Notes: a model not told the origin generated them from the sequence alone. A stretch of DNA of 64,000 nucleotides from Phyllosticta citribraziliensis (GCF_038025025.1 NW_027117345.1:1302001-1366000), one strand, 5' to 3'. Positions 33,658-45,720 are shown, counted from the first letter of the stretch. A program made the numbers and translations.

Positions 33658-35168
33658 CGATTTTTCGTTGCATGGAATTCGACGACATACGTGACATGGA
33701 GGCGGGCAGGGCGGTTGAATGCGTGTCAGTCACCATGACTGACGTCTCTAAGGGGCCTCTGCCCGCGTTCCCCAGGAAAACACGCAAGAGCTTCCAAAAA
33801 AAATTGAGAAACTCGTTGGCGCACGCTCAAACGGTCCGAGTGGGTCGAGTCAAAGAGTCAGCGCGGAAGCTTATTGATTCTGCCAGCTTCCAAATGTAGC
33901 TGTCAAGAGGGAACCAGGACCGGAGAGACGGATGACTAACGACAGGGGCCCGTCCGATTGTGAAGGGACTAGCAGGAATCGGGTGCCACGGTGGTGGTGG
34001 TGGTGGTACTCCTAGTGGTGCAACCAAGTCGGGTCAGCGCGTGCGGGTGATGGATCATGGAATGCAGTCTTCAGGGGAATGGGACATGGAAGGAATCAGC
34101 CAATGGGAGGGCGTGACGGGTCAGAGGTGGTTCGGAGCAGGCTACGGTTGAGGAGAGGTTCTCCCGCAGCTTTCTCCTCGTCCTGCGTCTGCAAGTTGCA
34201 CTGAAACGGCCGACCCAGTGGGTGGTGGAGAGGGCGTTCAAGGCCCTGCAATGTTAATCTCACAGCGCTGAGCCTAGAGCTCGGCGCACAAGCCAGAGGT
34301 GCTGAAGGGACCTGGCAAGCAATCTCGCTCGTCAGGCCACCACGGGCGCGCCCGCTGTAATCAGGCAAAGGCATCGAGGGAGGGTGGTTCCTTTGTTGTC
34401 GTCGAAAGAGCGATGATGAACAAAGAGCAGATTGACGGTTGACGACGATTGTGGACGACGATTGTGGCTCTGCTCTGCCGGGCGCGAGGGGTCGTGGGCG
34501 GCCTGCAAAACAAAAATAGCAAGCTTGCCAATCATTTGTCTTTTATGCCTATGCCATGTGGCGCCGCCATGAGATGCACTGAGGGTGAGGGGGGTGAGGG
34601 TGAGGGTGAGTCCCAGCAGCAGAGCGAAGAGAATGGGATGAAGCACAGCCAGACGCTCACAATGCAAAAGCAACGAACGCAGAGCAACCTGGACGAGAAA
34701 AATCAACGTCAAGGTCGGCGAGATTGACCAAGCCCAGGCCGCCCAGGTCTGGACTTTTGTGGAATTGGGTGGTGGAGCTGCGCGTCCCCGGGTGGGCGGC
34801 CTGCGCCATGGACAAGGGCATCCTGCTCGCCTTCTCGTCCGGCACCGCCATCACCTCTCTCTCTCCGCTCTCCCCCAAGCCATGCATCCCATCCCACCCA
34901 CCCATCCTCCTCTCCTCGTTCTCCAACTCAACTCTACCTTTGCCTTTGCCGCGCCCCGGCTCTGTGCAACTTTACTTGCTTATCCAGTCGCTCGTTACCC
35001 CAAGAGTCCCTCCTTGCTACCACCCACCGCCCCGGCCACCCGACCCGACCAAAATCCCCGATTATAGCCTACCGTTCCTGCACTTAGACCTGCACCCCTC
35101 GCGCCAGTCCCGCTGCCCCTGCGACCTCGACTCTCCGCCCGTTCGACTATCCTTCTTAGCCGGGCCAC

Positions 35169-35192
35169 ATGGTCGTCACGACGTCGCTCTGA
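35169..35192 (+). promoter_or_regulatory. 7-codon uORF (MVVTTSL*) just upstream of OPY2
   Basis: ATG GTC GTC ACG ACG TCG CTC TGA, ending 37 nt before the OPY2 ATG. Confidence 0.5.
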
Positions 35193-35229
35193 TCTTCAGT
35201 CGACTTGTCTCCCTACCGTATCCGCCACC

Positions 35230-36690
35230 ATGGCGGTCTCCCGTACGCACTGCCCAACCCTTTGCCTCGCTCTGCCTCGCTGACTGTGTCCAGCTGTCGT
35301 CCAAAACTCGCTGCGCCAGCTCTTCAAGCGCTGCGTGCAATGTCCAAATGAGACCCCGTCCTGCCCCGCCTGCGATGATGACGAGTACTGCTCGCAAATG
35401 CTGTCGTCATGCACCACCTGTGCCTCGGCCGTCTGCGTCAAGATGGACGGCTCCTCGTCGGACGGAGGGGCCAAGGGCGGACCCAATGTTGGCGCCATTG
35501 CCGGTGGTGTCGTAGGAGGTGTTGCGTTTGTGCTGATTTTGGCCTTTCTCATCTGGAGATTTTACGTCAAGAGAAGGCGAGACGGAGAACAGTCTGAGCA
35601 GTGGTCGCAGATTGAGCATGAAAAGGCCAACAACAGCGATTTTGCCATGCAAAGAGACGCTCGCGCTTCGACACACACCGTCGGCTCCATGGCTTCGACC
35701 GTTCTGACCCGCGCCTCGAACATCATCCAAATCGCCTACATTCCTGGCGTCACAAATCGTTCCGCTCCTCAGTCTCCCGGCCACCTTGCTCCACCTGTTC
35801 CTCCGATCCCCGCAGCGCACTCGCAACGGACCAGTCCCGGTTCCGAGGAGCAACACTTCTTCGTCCCAGGAGACCTCCGCGATTCCACGTACTCTGGCCT
35901 CTCCGACCCCCGTACCAGCTATGCCCGGAGCAGCGTCGCCACCACCATTTACCGCGACAATGCTGTCGTATCTCCTCTTCCGGCCCAGACCATCGTGCGC
36001 GGCAAGGCTGCTGTTGTGAGCGTGAAATCCAGCAACACAAGCTCCCCGTCCCCGACGCCTGGAAGCACGACTCCTCCGGTCCCCGCGATAGACTACGGCA
36101 AGCTGGAAGAGGAGGGCAAGGTCCAGACGCCAACCCCGAAGAGCAAATTTAAAATCCAGATGCCTCACTCATCGGACGGCCCCAGCTTAAGGCCCGGTGT
36201 CAGCCCGTCGGGATCGGTCAGGAGCTTCCAAATCGCCAAACCAAAGGCTCTCAATTTGGTAAAGGGCAAGACTTCCAACTCGTCATTGCTTAGCTCGACG
36301 AGCAGGGGTGCCAGTGATTCTATTTCGACTGCGTCGACCCCTTCGAAAGAGAGGTCTGAAAACAGCGCCGATCGGATTCCCATCACATTACGTCCGCTCA
36401 CCGAGGTATCTGTCACGGACTCGATCGAAACCGCGCCAGAGGACCCAGTGAGCCGCATTTCGGACGACTCGTCGGATGATGAGCCGTCAACCCGCCACCA
36501 AGGCGCGTACGTCTCCACCCATCACAAGGGATCGGCCACTTCCTCGTCAAGCGGACTTCAAAGTCCATTTGCCGATGCCCAAACTGGCGAGGAAAACGTC
36601 GACGCCAAGACGAAGACCAAGGCATCAGAGGGCGATTCGGGCCGGGCACGGAGCCCTTTTGGCGATGAACACGCGGTCAAGGATGATTAA
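35230..36690 (+). CDS. OPY2: Opy2 membrane anchor (HOG/filamentous-growth MAPK signalling)
   Basis: ATG 35230 in gccaccATGg context; intron 35243-35293 gives MAVSPVVQNSLRQLFKRCVQCP. Eight-Cys N-terminal domain, TM helix GAIAGGVVGGVAFVLILAFLIW, and ARASTHTVGSMASTVLTRASNIIQIAYIPGVTNR. Confidence 0.9.
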
Positions 36691-38537
36691 GAAGGAGTAA
36701 AAGCGGGCACTTTCATTTGTGAGCGGAGCGTGGCGTTGATACCTTTCAACTTCTTCAAGGCCTAGGCACTGGTCTTCCATTTTTCTCATGTTGCTTCTGG
36801 AAACCCCAAGACGGCTGGCTCGCTCTTACGGATCCCGAGGCAAATTTTCCACGTCACGACACTTATCACGACGAGCTTCGGGAGCGACTCATTGCCGCGT
36901 CTAGTGGTTCACCAAGTCAAGTCTTGGGGGGTTTCCCCTTATCGCTCTCAGTCTTTGATGAAGGGCATAGCCGCTCCTTGTGGGTTTTACGATCATATCT
37001 AGTTTGCTTGTACGGGAGGATTGCGACTGAACTGCGACATACCACTACCCCATTTTTCATACGTTGGACAGACAGAGGCAAGGTGCGAAAAGAATGCTTT
37101 CACCTCGTGTTCCAATTTCCTTCCTTTATGTAGCGGCCTACAATTGCCGTGCATGTTTCGTAGGTAGCTTCCAAGTCGCCAATAGGGTCTAGTAATGGCT
37201 AGCCTTTTCTTCTCTCTGCTTTCTTTTTCTCTTGTTTCTTTTTCGACGTGCCTTGTTTCAGCAGCGTGCCGTGCCGGGCTGTCGAGGCGAGTGGGGCCCT
37301 GTTGACAAGACAAACAAACGATTGACGGTTGCACCAATGCCAGAAGAGCGGTGAAGTGGACGAAGGTGAGACGGCGGCGTCTAGTGCCAGCGATGGAATT
37401 TTGGGCCGGGCGAGGGCGTATCATGGCAACCATAGTGGTGTTGGGCGATCAAACGGCGTCGACGTGTTTCAGTTGGCATCCCGGTGCAGGCACCCGCTCT
37501 TCCGGAAAAGTCAGCCTTATGCGACACGACATGCCCCGATCGCAACACCCCCCAGTCTGTTCCTGAATCCTGTCTCCCTCCGAGTCCTGACGTCGCCGCT
37601 CAGTGAGCAAAGTCAGTTTGCTGACTCTCACGCCTCTCAGACTCTGCCTGGGGTCAACCAAGTAACTCTACTCGACCCCGCCCGGGTCAGGCAGGCCCAA
37701 CGACCGGACACCGACACGATGCAATGACGCGCGCTGTGCTACCAACGGCGCTCGGTCGACGACACATGCAGTATGTGAGCTGGCTGGCTGGCACGCCACT
37801 ATCGATGCAATGCATCCACTATGCACGGCATTTTGGACTAGGCTTGGGCGCGGTGGCGCGTCAATGGTGTAGCGTTGGGCTCCCCCGCGGACCGGCTCCC
37901 GTCAGTAAAGTCAGGCTCGTTGGAGGGATGACCAAGGCAAGCAAGAGAAGGGATGCCGGCACTCTGAGATTGGCCTTTCATCGTTCGATCGTTTCTGGCG
38001 CTCGCAATGTCAACTTTGAGCATTGCTAGTGCTGATGGCGCCATGCGCATTGTCGCTCACGTCCGAGAGAGCGTGCAGCCAGGCAGCGCGCGCGCGCGCT
38101 CCGTCGTGGAGGGCCGACGATGCGGTTGAAGTGTTGAAGTGTCCTTGGCCGGGCAGGGACAGCATGAGCGCGTCGGGCGGTGGTGCAGTCGCTAAATCAA
38201 CTTGCCACTATTTCGGATGCTGCGTTTGACGTTTGCATGGTGTATCCGCTGCGACAGCTCGTTGGTTGGCTCTATTAATTTCAGACAGCCTCCGCTTCTG
38301 CGTCGAAACACAACAGCGCGCCGTTCAACCTTCTTTCTGCCTCTTTGCTCGGTCCGCAGAAAAGGAATTAATGTCCCGTGCCCATTGGATGACTGCGCCC
38401 AGAATCGGTCCTCCAATATCCCACCTGTCGATCAACCTCAGAAATTGCTTAGGCTTGTACTCCGATATCAACAATTTGCAGCCAACATCTTCCATTCCTC
38501 ACCAATCGACGTTTGACCACGCTGCATCACGGTCCAG

Positions 38538-41500
38538 ATGGCGACCATGGTAGCTGCAAACGCGGTGACGCCGCCTCGCCGCCAGCAGCAGCAATACTAC
38601 ATGAGCAAGTTGGAAAGCACCAATCATTTGTCCTCTCACCACGCCTCAACCACGTCTTCGCCGTCCACCGATGTTGGTGCTACATTCAGCACTTCCCCTC
38701 CCTCGCCTTCAGAGGCATCGACCGCGCCTACGTCATACTCACCGTCCGTTGATGGCTCCCCGTCATCGACAACGCACCCGGTACCGAAGTATCATCCGCA
38801 TTCAAGCCCTGGGCCTCACCGCATACCGGCGCCTCCTATTCCCCTTCTCCAGCCAAGTCGTCCTGCGCCAGTTCCATCGCGAGCACCGTCTCAACTCTCC
38901 TCGACAACTCAAAAGGATATTACTAGGGATTCTCAATCAACGCCCAGGCATGGCGACTCTGCATCGAAGCAGGATGCTGCTGACAACAAGGTCTCGTGGA
39001 ATGACCGTTCGCGCAGCCGAAGCCTTTTTGGGTTCCGTTCGGGGCGGGGACACTCATCCCGCTCCTCGTGGGGAAAGCCACTAGGATCAAAGACGAGCAG
39101 GGGAGACTTGCAGTCGTCGGCGAAACCACTTTCTGCTAGCAAGAGCTTGGGAGAAGTTGAGTCCAAGAAAGCGGCTCAGAGGAAGCGTCAAGACAATCCT
39201 GATAGATCAGGCCGGGTCTTCCAGGATGGTGAAGGCGATGCGCTCCCAGAACCACCCACCACGTCAGAACTCCGGGCAAGTCCTGAGGCGAAATCAAAGG
39301 CCGGTCACCGCAAGCGGTGGAGTTTATCGACAGGATACAACGCCATCGCAGGTCAAAACACTTCATCGCCAGTTACAAAATCCACAAATTCGCCACCACG
39401 TCATGACCGTCGGGCCACGTCTCCCGTAAATCGAAGCCCCAGCTTCTTTTCCAATCCTCGAAATGCTGCTCCGACCACGGCAGTTGCTGCCGGAACAGTT
39501 ACACCTTCTACAAGCACCAGCAGCCGAGGCCAAGCCAGTGTTTTTTCACGCACTCATACTCGCAGCAGCAGCGCCAACACGGCTGCAACCACGCCTTCTA
39601 CAATTAGCACGACAAACATGAACAGTTCAACTGCAGCCGCAGCCGCTGCCGCCGCGGTCATGACTAGCCCAACAGGCTTTTCTGTTGAGCCTGACGCCAA
39701 CCCCACCCTGCAAACTTTGCAACCCGAGCCCCTTAATGTTTCTAGCCGGACCACCATTGTTCCCGATACGGATCCCATCACCCCTGGTCGGACGCTTATG
39801 CCTTCTATGCCGTATTCTGCGACTGGATTAAACGCGGCATCGTCTTCAACCACGTCTTTAACCAGCGGAGGCGGTCGGCGGCTACGCCCCCGTGGCTTTT
39901 CACTGACTGGTGGGACTTCTTCGCCATCGGCATCGGTCGGCCGATTGGGCAGCTTGACTGGGGGATGGACTTCTGGGTGGACCAGTGGTAATGGATGGAA
40001 TCCTGGTGGGTGGAGTAATGGACTGCGCGCGACCAGACAGGCTCCAGGGTCGCCGGTTGGCGGGTCCTGTACGGTGAATCCAGGAATCGTCACTGGAGCA
40101 GTGTCGAGCAGCGTTGTCAATGGCTACGGTGAACATAGCCCCAGCCCAAGCGGCAGAGGCAAAGTCAGGATGCGGGATGTGGGAAACGGGTGCGAACTCG
40201 ACAGGAGGCGTGAGCGGTCAGCCGGAAAACGAGGACGCAGCAGCAGCGCAACACTACGACCTTCTCCCGATTCGACCGTTTCGCTGCAATCTCGTTCCAG
40301 GAAGCCTTCGCCTCCGTCGGACTCGTCGAAACCCTCCCCAATCACTTCCCCATCATCCAACACGGAGGCATTCCCACCGCTGAGCGCAACACCCTCGACG
40401 ACCACGCTCACCTCTCCCACTTCACCGAATGTCGGGTCCAATTTGAATAAGCCGTGGCCACCGCTTCCCTTACACCTCCGTCGGCGTCGCGCGAGCACGC
40501 CAGCATCTCCGTCTCGACCGCGTCCTCTCGTCTCCGGGGACGCAGTTCCCTTCGTGCCGCCGCCGCAAACCACAGGCGCTGGCATTGTGACAACGGGGAC
40601 GACGTTGAGCAGTTCTGCGGCAACGCCCACGTCGCAAACACCGCTCCCACAGACCCCCATGTCGACCACGTCCATGTCCACCACGGGCACGGCGTCTACG
40701 ATTCGCGGCCACGCACGCGACTCTCAATCCTCGACGGCGCTTCTGTTGCCCAAAGAGACAGCTCCACAGCCCGCCACGACGACGTCTGCGCCATCTCATG
40801 CGCCTCTGTCGGCACCGCCCAAAGCCGCGACTGTGCCGCCTACGGATCTCAAGCAGCCACCGCGCCGGACGTCGTTCTCATCGCTGGCAGCACGCGAGGC
40901 ACGAGCTTCGTTCCAAATGAATCGACGAGGTGCCAACGAAGGTCCAGCCTCCAACAGCGGCGGAAGCTCGTCCGGAAGCGGATTCCGCTGGCGCCGTCCA
41001 CATGGTGACAACTCGGCGCGTGCCAACAACACAGCGACGTCTTCCACAGCCGGTAGCCGCTCTGCGAGTCGGGGCCGTGGTCGCCGGTCTATCAGCGAGA
41101 GCCGTGGACGTGGACTGAGCAGTGGCCGCGCGAGCGATGACAGCTATAGGGGCATCGGCGGTGTCAAGAGGGAGGGGAGCACGCGTACTGTGCAGGCGGC
41201 GGTGATGCCGGCGTTGTTGCTGCTGGGCACGGAGCTGTTTACACCTGGCAAGCGGCCAGAAGACGTCGGCTTTGGCAAGGCGGTGGCGGCTGGTGGAGCG
41301 GTGCGAGGCGTTGGCGGAGCAGGGAGGGCCGTAGGCGTGTTGGATGTGGACGATGTCGATGACGAAGAACACGAAGGCGAGGCTGGAGAAAAGCGTGGTG
41401 TTGCGGGTGTGAGGGCAAGGGCTGCGACAACGACGGCGATGGAGAACAAACCGACGAACCGTCCTCGTCATCAGCATACGTCGTCCGCGTTCTCCTACAC

Positions 41501-41999
41501 GCACACGCCCTCGCACTCCCTATCGCGCATCCAACACGCGCCATCAACAGCCACCTCGTCCTCCCTGTCTATCCCATCCACCTCCACCCACCACTACCCC
41601 CTCAAATCGCACGCCCCACAGCAACCCCTCTTCCCTAACCCCCCTCCCAAAACGCAACCCTCTTTCTCCCTCCTCCCGCCAATCCCACAATCGCAATCGC
41701 ACACGCCCATCCCGCAGTCACCCTCGCCGAAGCCCCCTTCGTCCCACGCGTCCCCTAAACCGGCCCAGGCGTCGCCCGTCCCGGCGCCCGCCCCCTTCAT
41801 CTCGCGCCTCGACCCGGGCTCATCGTGCCCCTTCACCGTCGACGCGACGAATGGCCACTTCGACCCGCCCAACATGCGCGAGGCCAACTCGCCGTTCCGC
41901 CGCTCGCTCAGCCCGCCGGTCAAGGACTTGGGGCGTGAGGGCGACCTCATGGCTGGCATGGAGGCCGTGTGGCGCAAGTGGGAGATGGGCGTTGCGTAA
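38538..41999 (+). CDS. 1153-aa intronless S/T/P/R-rich disordered protein of unknown function
   Basis: 3.46-kb ATG-initiated open frame with no recognisable folded domain. The only hydrophobic patches are QAAVMPALLLLGTELFTPG and the C-terminal GDLMAGMEAVWRKWEMG. Confidence 0.65.
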   Translation: MATMVAANAVTPPRRQQQQYYMSKLESTNHLSSHHASTTSSPSTDVGATFSTSPPSPSEASTAPTSYSPSVDGSPSSTTHPVPKYHPHSSPGPHRIPAPPIPLLQPSRPAPVPSRAPSQLSSTTQKDITRDSQSTPRHGDSASKQDAADNKVSWNDRSRSRSLFGFRSGRGHSSRSSWGKPLGSKTSRGDLQSSAKPLSASKSLGEVESKKAAQRKRQDNPDRSGRVFQDGEGDALPEPPTTSELRASPEAKSKAGHRKRWSLSTGYNAIAGQNTSSPVTKSTNSPPRHDRRATSPVNRSPSFFSNPRNAAPTTAVAAGTVTPSTSTSSRGQASVFSRTHTRSSSANTAATTPSTISTTNMNSSTAAAAAAAAVMTSPTGFSVEPDANPTLQTLQPEPLNVSSRTTIVPDTDPITPGRTLMPSMPYSATGLNAASSSTTSLTSGGGRRLRPRGFSLTGGTSSPSASVGRLGSLTGGWTSGWTSGNGWNPGGWSNGLRATRQAPGSPVGGSCTVNPGIVTGAVSSSVVNGYGEHSPSPSGRGKVRMRDVGNGCELDRRRERSAGKRGRSSSATLRPSPDSTVSLQSRSRKPSPPSDSSKPSPITSPSSNTEAFPPLSATPSTTTLTSPTSPNVGSNLNKPWPPLPLHLRRRRASTPASPSRPRPLVSGDAVPFVPPPQTTGAGIVTTGTTLSSSAATPTSQTPLPQTPMSTTSMSTTGTASTIRGHARDSQSSTALLLPKETAPQPATTTSAPSHAPLSAPPKAATVPPTDLKQPPRRTSFSSLAAREARASFQMNRRGANEGPASNSGGSSSGSGFRWRRPHGDNSARANNTATSSTAGSRSASRGRGRRSISESRGRGLSSGRASDDSYRGIGGVKREGSTRTVQAAVMPALLLLGTELFTPGKRPEDVGFGKAVAAGGAVRGVGGAGRAVGVLDVDDVDDEEHEGEAGEKRGVAGVRARAATTTAMENKPTNRPRHQHTSSAFSYTHTPSHSLSRIQHAPSTATSSSLSIPSTSTHHYPLKSHAPQQPLFPNPPPKTQPSFSLLPPIPQSQSHTPIPQSPSPKPPSSHASPKPAQASPVPAPAPFISRLDPGSSCPFTVDATNGHFDPPNMREANSPFRRSLSPPVKDLGREGDLMAGMEAVWRKWEMGVA

Positions 42000-43876
42000 A
42001 TGGACGCCAAACAGCGGATACGGTACCGCAGTACGTCGCTGAGGAGGCTGGCCATCATGCCAGACGGGAAGTAAGCGCACTTTGCGTGGTGACGATGATG
42101 TGTCGGAGTGCGTGCGCCCTGGTGGTCAGGTGATGCGGCGGTTTTACGCGTGTAATTCTAGTCTCTCTCCACTTTCTTTTCTTTCCTTTCTCTTCGTTCT
42201 TACCCCTTCTGCTCATTCATTTCGCCGCTCCTCCCGTCATGGCGGCCTCGACGGCTGCGACGGGGGGAGAGGCAAGCAACGATATTTTGCATCTTCTACG
42301 CGGGAAACGAAAAAGGAATGGCAAGGCCACCGACGAAGAGAGGATTGCGCGTGCGCATTTTTCTCCTTTTTCTCCGGGCTAATATGGAGGTTGAGAGTGT
42401 GTAGTGAGTTGGGTGGCGGGTGGAGGGAGCATGTAAATTTGGCGGGGTTGAATAAAAAGGTCAGGCTGTAAGCAGCAACATGATGGCAATGGAAGGGAAG
42501 GATATCAAAGTAAATGAAGTCGACCAAGTGTTACATGACTAAGGATGATCTGTGGTCGTCGTGATCAATGTAATTGGTGGGCTGGCTCGTCTCACGCCGA
42601 CCTCCATATACACGAAATGGGGGAGAAGCATGGCGACATCTACATTCATAGTCTCAACGGAGACGGAAATGGAGCATCTTGGGGCCCAATTGCGTCGCCC
42701 AAATGGGCTAGGAAATTAATACCCATGCTTTCGTTCCTGTCGATAGATGTCCGCATAGAGATGGGACCACCGATGCTTGAGAAACCGTCCCAGGAGCACT
42801 GGCAGCGTCCAACGCCACGAACCACGCTGCTCTCACGACAGCGGAAGAACAGCAAGAATCACGACGCGCACGTGGAGCACAGAAAGCCGGGGAGGGTCGA
42901 CCACGTGGTTTTCAAATGGTCTGAGCTCCGTACAGACTGAAAGCGGGGACGTCGTGGTGATCCAACTGACGGGGGCAGGATTCGTTTGCAAGAGACCGGG
43001 GAGTTCACAGTAGTTCTCAGAGTGCAAACGTCCGATGTCGACGAAAAGCAGACGAGCCATCAATGGTGTGCAACCCGAATTGTCGACTGTAAGAAAGCAG
43101 TGGTGAGTAAGGTTCAGAGGGTGCTCTGTCAACAGAAGCTGCTGCCACGGCAGGTCTCATGGCTCCGGTAAAAGGCAGAGGTTAGGCGGGATGGATGATG
43201 ACTCGAAGAGCCTGGCGAGAAGCCGATTTCGGGACTCGTTTGAACGGGTTTACTGCCAAACATCAGGCCACGGGGGACGTGGTGCCATTTGCGTGCCCCC
43301 CTGATGCTGCTGGGAACCCCTCGCAGGTAGGTAGCGACGAGACATGTCCGTTTGTTGCAATCAGACTGTGTTCCTTTTGAGCCTCCCTTTGCTGTGCCGT
43401 CGGTGGAGGCGGGGAAAGACGTGGGCCTCTGAGCGGTCTGGCGGTCCAATCTCAGCACTGAGATTTTCGTGACGTGATGCTTATGCGCTGCGCTCCATGA
43501 TCAACGACAGTCAACATTGCCCGGGGATTGTTGAAGTGTTTGCCTGGCAGTACGGCGACCGCTGTCCAAGGTCAACAAACGGACTATGACGATAGCGGAC
43601 GGATTCTGAGGCTGACGGACGTCAGATGGCGTGACAAGTTCATGTCGTTGGCGCAAACCGCGGGGAGAGGAAGCGGGGCAGGGTGAGGTCGAAGTGGGTT
43701 TGACGGGGGAGACCGACATTCAGCCGCCCTGTTGCTATTCCCGCCTGCCCAGCTCTCGATTCAACGCCTGAGCCCTCAACATCATCGAGCCAGCCGGCCT
43801 TGAATGCATGCGATAACCCCGCCCTTTTGGGTCTCCTGGCTCTAGCCATCATGCAGCCCTCGGCCCTCGACAAACT

Positions 43877-45676
43877 ATGTGGACGAAACCAATCTGCATC
43901 CCTAGAGCCACCACCATTCCTGGCCGGCGCCGCTCAACAATCACCTCGTTCTCCTCGTCTCCCTCCTCCTCCTCCTCCTCCGTCGTCCTTCGCCCCCAAC
44001 GCCGCCTCTTCCATGATTATTTTGTAACTCACCTTCCCTCTTCTTCGCTCCATCCAGACTCGCGTTCGTCCGTCGGTCCCGGCCACAAGCTTCCACGGGA
44101 CAAGTCGATACCTCACAATGTCAGCGACAGCGACAGGTCTCCCGCGGCCATGGCGCTCCTGGGAGCGCAGCGGGAGATGACAGTCGTGCGGATACCGCTC
44201 AAGAGTGCAAAGCACCACTTCGGCGTAACCTTGTCGAGAGGCACGAGACCTTACAACGAAGATGCATTCCAGGCCGGCACCATAGAAATACCCGCTTTTG
44301 CAAAGAGGCAGCCCATCTCCTTGACCACGAGCACCAGGGACAAGCCCGGCGGCAACACATCGGACAAGGCTACGGGAGATCCTCAAGTGTTTTACTTTGC
44401 CGTCTTCGACGGTCACGGCGGAAGCGAGTGCAGCGACTTTTTGCGCGAACGGCTGCACGAGTACCTGGAAGATGCCGCCAGGAAATTCGAGCTCAAGAGC
44501 AGTTTGCACAAAGACGGCGTAGCATTCAAGCAAGACGAGCCTCAACCTGTACAGTCATACGAAACATCGCAAAGTAAAAAGGAAAGTCTTGACGCTGTCA
44601 AAACGGACAAGTCGTCGGACAGCAAACCTACCAAAATACCCGACGTGAGCACCGGCGAGAAGCCGCCGAGCGCCAGCAAGGACGGAGAGCCCCCGTTGGA
44701 CGGCGTCGAGTCGGTGACACAGTCGGGAAACATTCAAAAGGCAGAAGACCTGGAGCGAAGTCTGATCATTTCGTGGAAGCAGCTCGTTGGCGGATACTTT
44801 AAGCGGTTCAAGCCAGACTTCTTCTCCACATCTGCCGGCGGCAAAGGACACAGTCTCGGGGAAGGAGTGGGCATAGAGACTGTTCTTACCTGGTCGTTTC
44901 TCAAGGCTGACTTTGACTTTGTATCAGCTCAAGTCAACAAGGCTGAAGAAGACCCAGTCTCATCAGACCGCGCCATCAATGAGCAGGACATCCTAGACCG
45001 GCCATCAGCTGTCAACAAGAAAATTGGCGGACCAAAGCGCTTCAAGGGAGGCAGCACGGCGAGCCTAGCCATGATCTCGACAGCCTCTCCCGCACCCTAC
45101 TGGGGCCCCAGTTCTCACTGCACAATAGTCACGGCACACGTGGGCGACACGCGCATCCTGTTGTGCGAGACGGCTACTGGGCTCGCGGTCCCATTGACGT
45201 CGAATCACCACCCCTCGTTGCCCTCGGAAGCGGAGCGACTGCGACGATATGCCGCGACGTTTGTCACCGACTCGTTTGGCGAGGAGCGCATCACTGGGCT
45301 TGCCAACACGCGGGCGTTTGGGGACATGGCTTCCAAAAGAGTGGGCGTATCGGCTGAGCCCGAGATTCGGCGCGTCGAGTTGAGCCCGGCGGAATACTCG
45401 TTCATGGTGATGGTGTCGGACGGGGTATCCGGGCCGCTGAGCGACCAAGAGATTGTCGACATAGTCAAGGAGGCGCGCACGCCGGAGCAGGCGTCGCGAG
45501 ATGTGGTCAGCTTTGCGACAGAGACGTCGCGTGACGCGGACAATGCGACTGGGCTGGTGGTGCGGTTGGGCGGGTGGGAGCGACGGAGCGAGGGGGGTGT
45601 TGGAAGCCTGGGTACCAAGGAGTTGAGGGATTGGAGGAAGAGGGAGGCAGAGGACCCGCGCAAAGGTCGGAGGTGA
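43877..45676 (+). CDS. PTC6: Mitochondrial PP2C phosphatase, Ptc6/Aup1-like
   Basis: Arg/Ser-rich presequence-like N-terminus; SRGTRPYNED, YFAVFDGHGG, GSTA, AHVGDTR, LANTRAFGD, SAEPE, VSDGVS and DNAT PP2C motifs; WKQLVGGYFKRF insert. Confidence 0.88.
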   Translation: MWTKPICIPRATTIPGRRRSTITSFSSSPSSSSSSVVLRPQRRLFHDYFVTHLPSSSLHPDSRSSVGPGHKLPRDKSIPHNVSDSDRSPAAMALLGAQREMTVVRIPLKSAKHHFGVTLSRGTRPYNEDAFQAGTIEIPAFAKRQPISLTTSTRDKPGGNTSDKATGDPQVFYFAVFDGHGGSECSDFLRERLHEYLEDAARKFELKSSLHKDGVAFKQDEPQPVQSYETSQSKKESLDAVKTDKSSDSKPTKIPDVSTGEKPPSASKDGEPPLDGVESVTQSGNIQKAEDLERSLIISWKQLVGGYFKRFKPDFFSTSAGGKGHSLGEGVGIETVLTWSFLKADFDFVSAQVNKAEEDPVSSDRAINEQDILDRPSAVNKKIGGPKRFKGGSTASLAMISTASPAPYWGPSSHCTIVTAHVGDTRILLCETATGLAVPLTSNHHPSLPSEAERLRRYAATFVTDSFGEERITGLANTRAFGDMASKRVGVSAEPEIRRVELSPAEYSFMVMVSDGVSGPLSDQEIVDIVKEARTPEQASRDVVSFATETSRDADNATGLVVRLGGWERRSEGGVGSLGTKELRDWRKREAEDPRKGRR

Positions 45677-45720
45677 TGGACTGGAGGAAGAGGGAGGCAG
45701 AAGACGGCGGCGGTGATGGA
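45628..45720 (+). repeat. Imperfect tandem duplication (about 50-nt period) spanning the PTC6 stop codon
   Basis: gga(t/c)tggaggaagagggaggcaga(g/a)gac..ggtgatgga starting at about 45628 and 45678. Confidence 0.85.

Noticed and set aside
31600..34750. Many 60-180-aa ORFs in the C1-THF synthase/OPY2 intergenic region
   Set aside because: Random-like composition, overlapping on both strands, as expected in GC-rich intergenic DNA.
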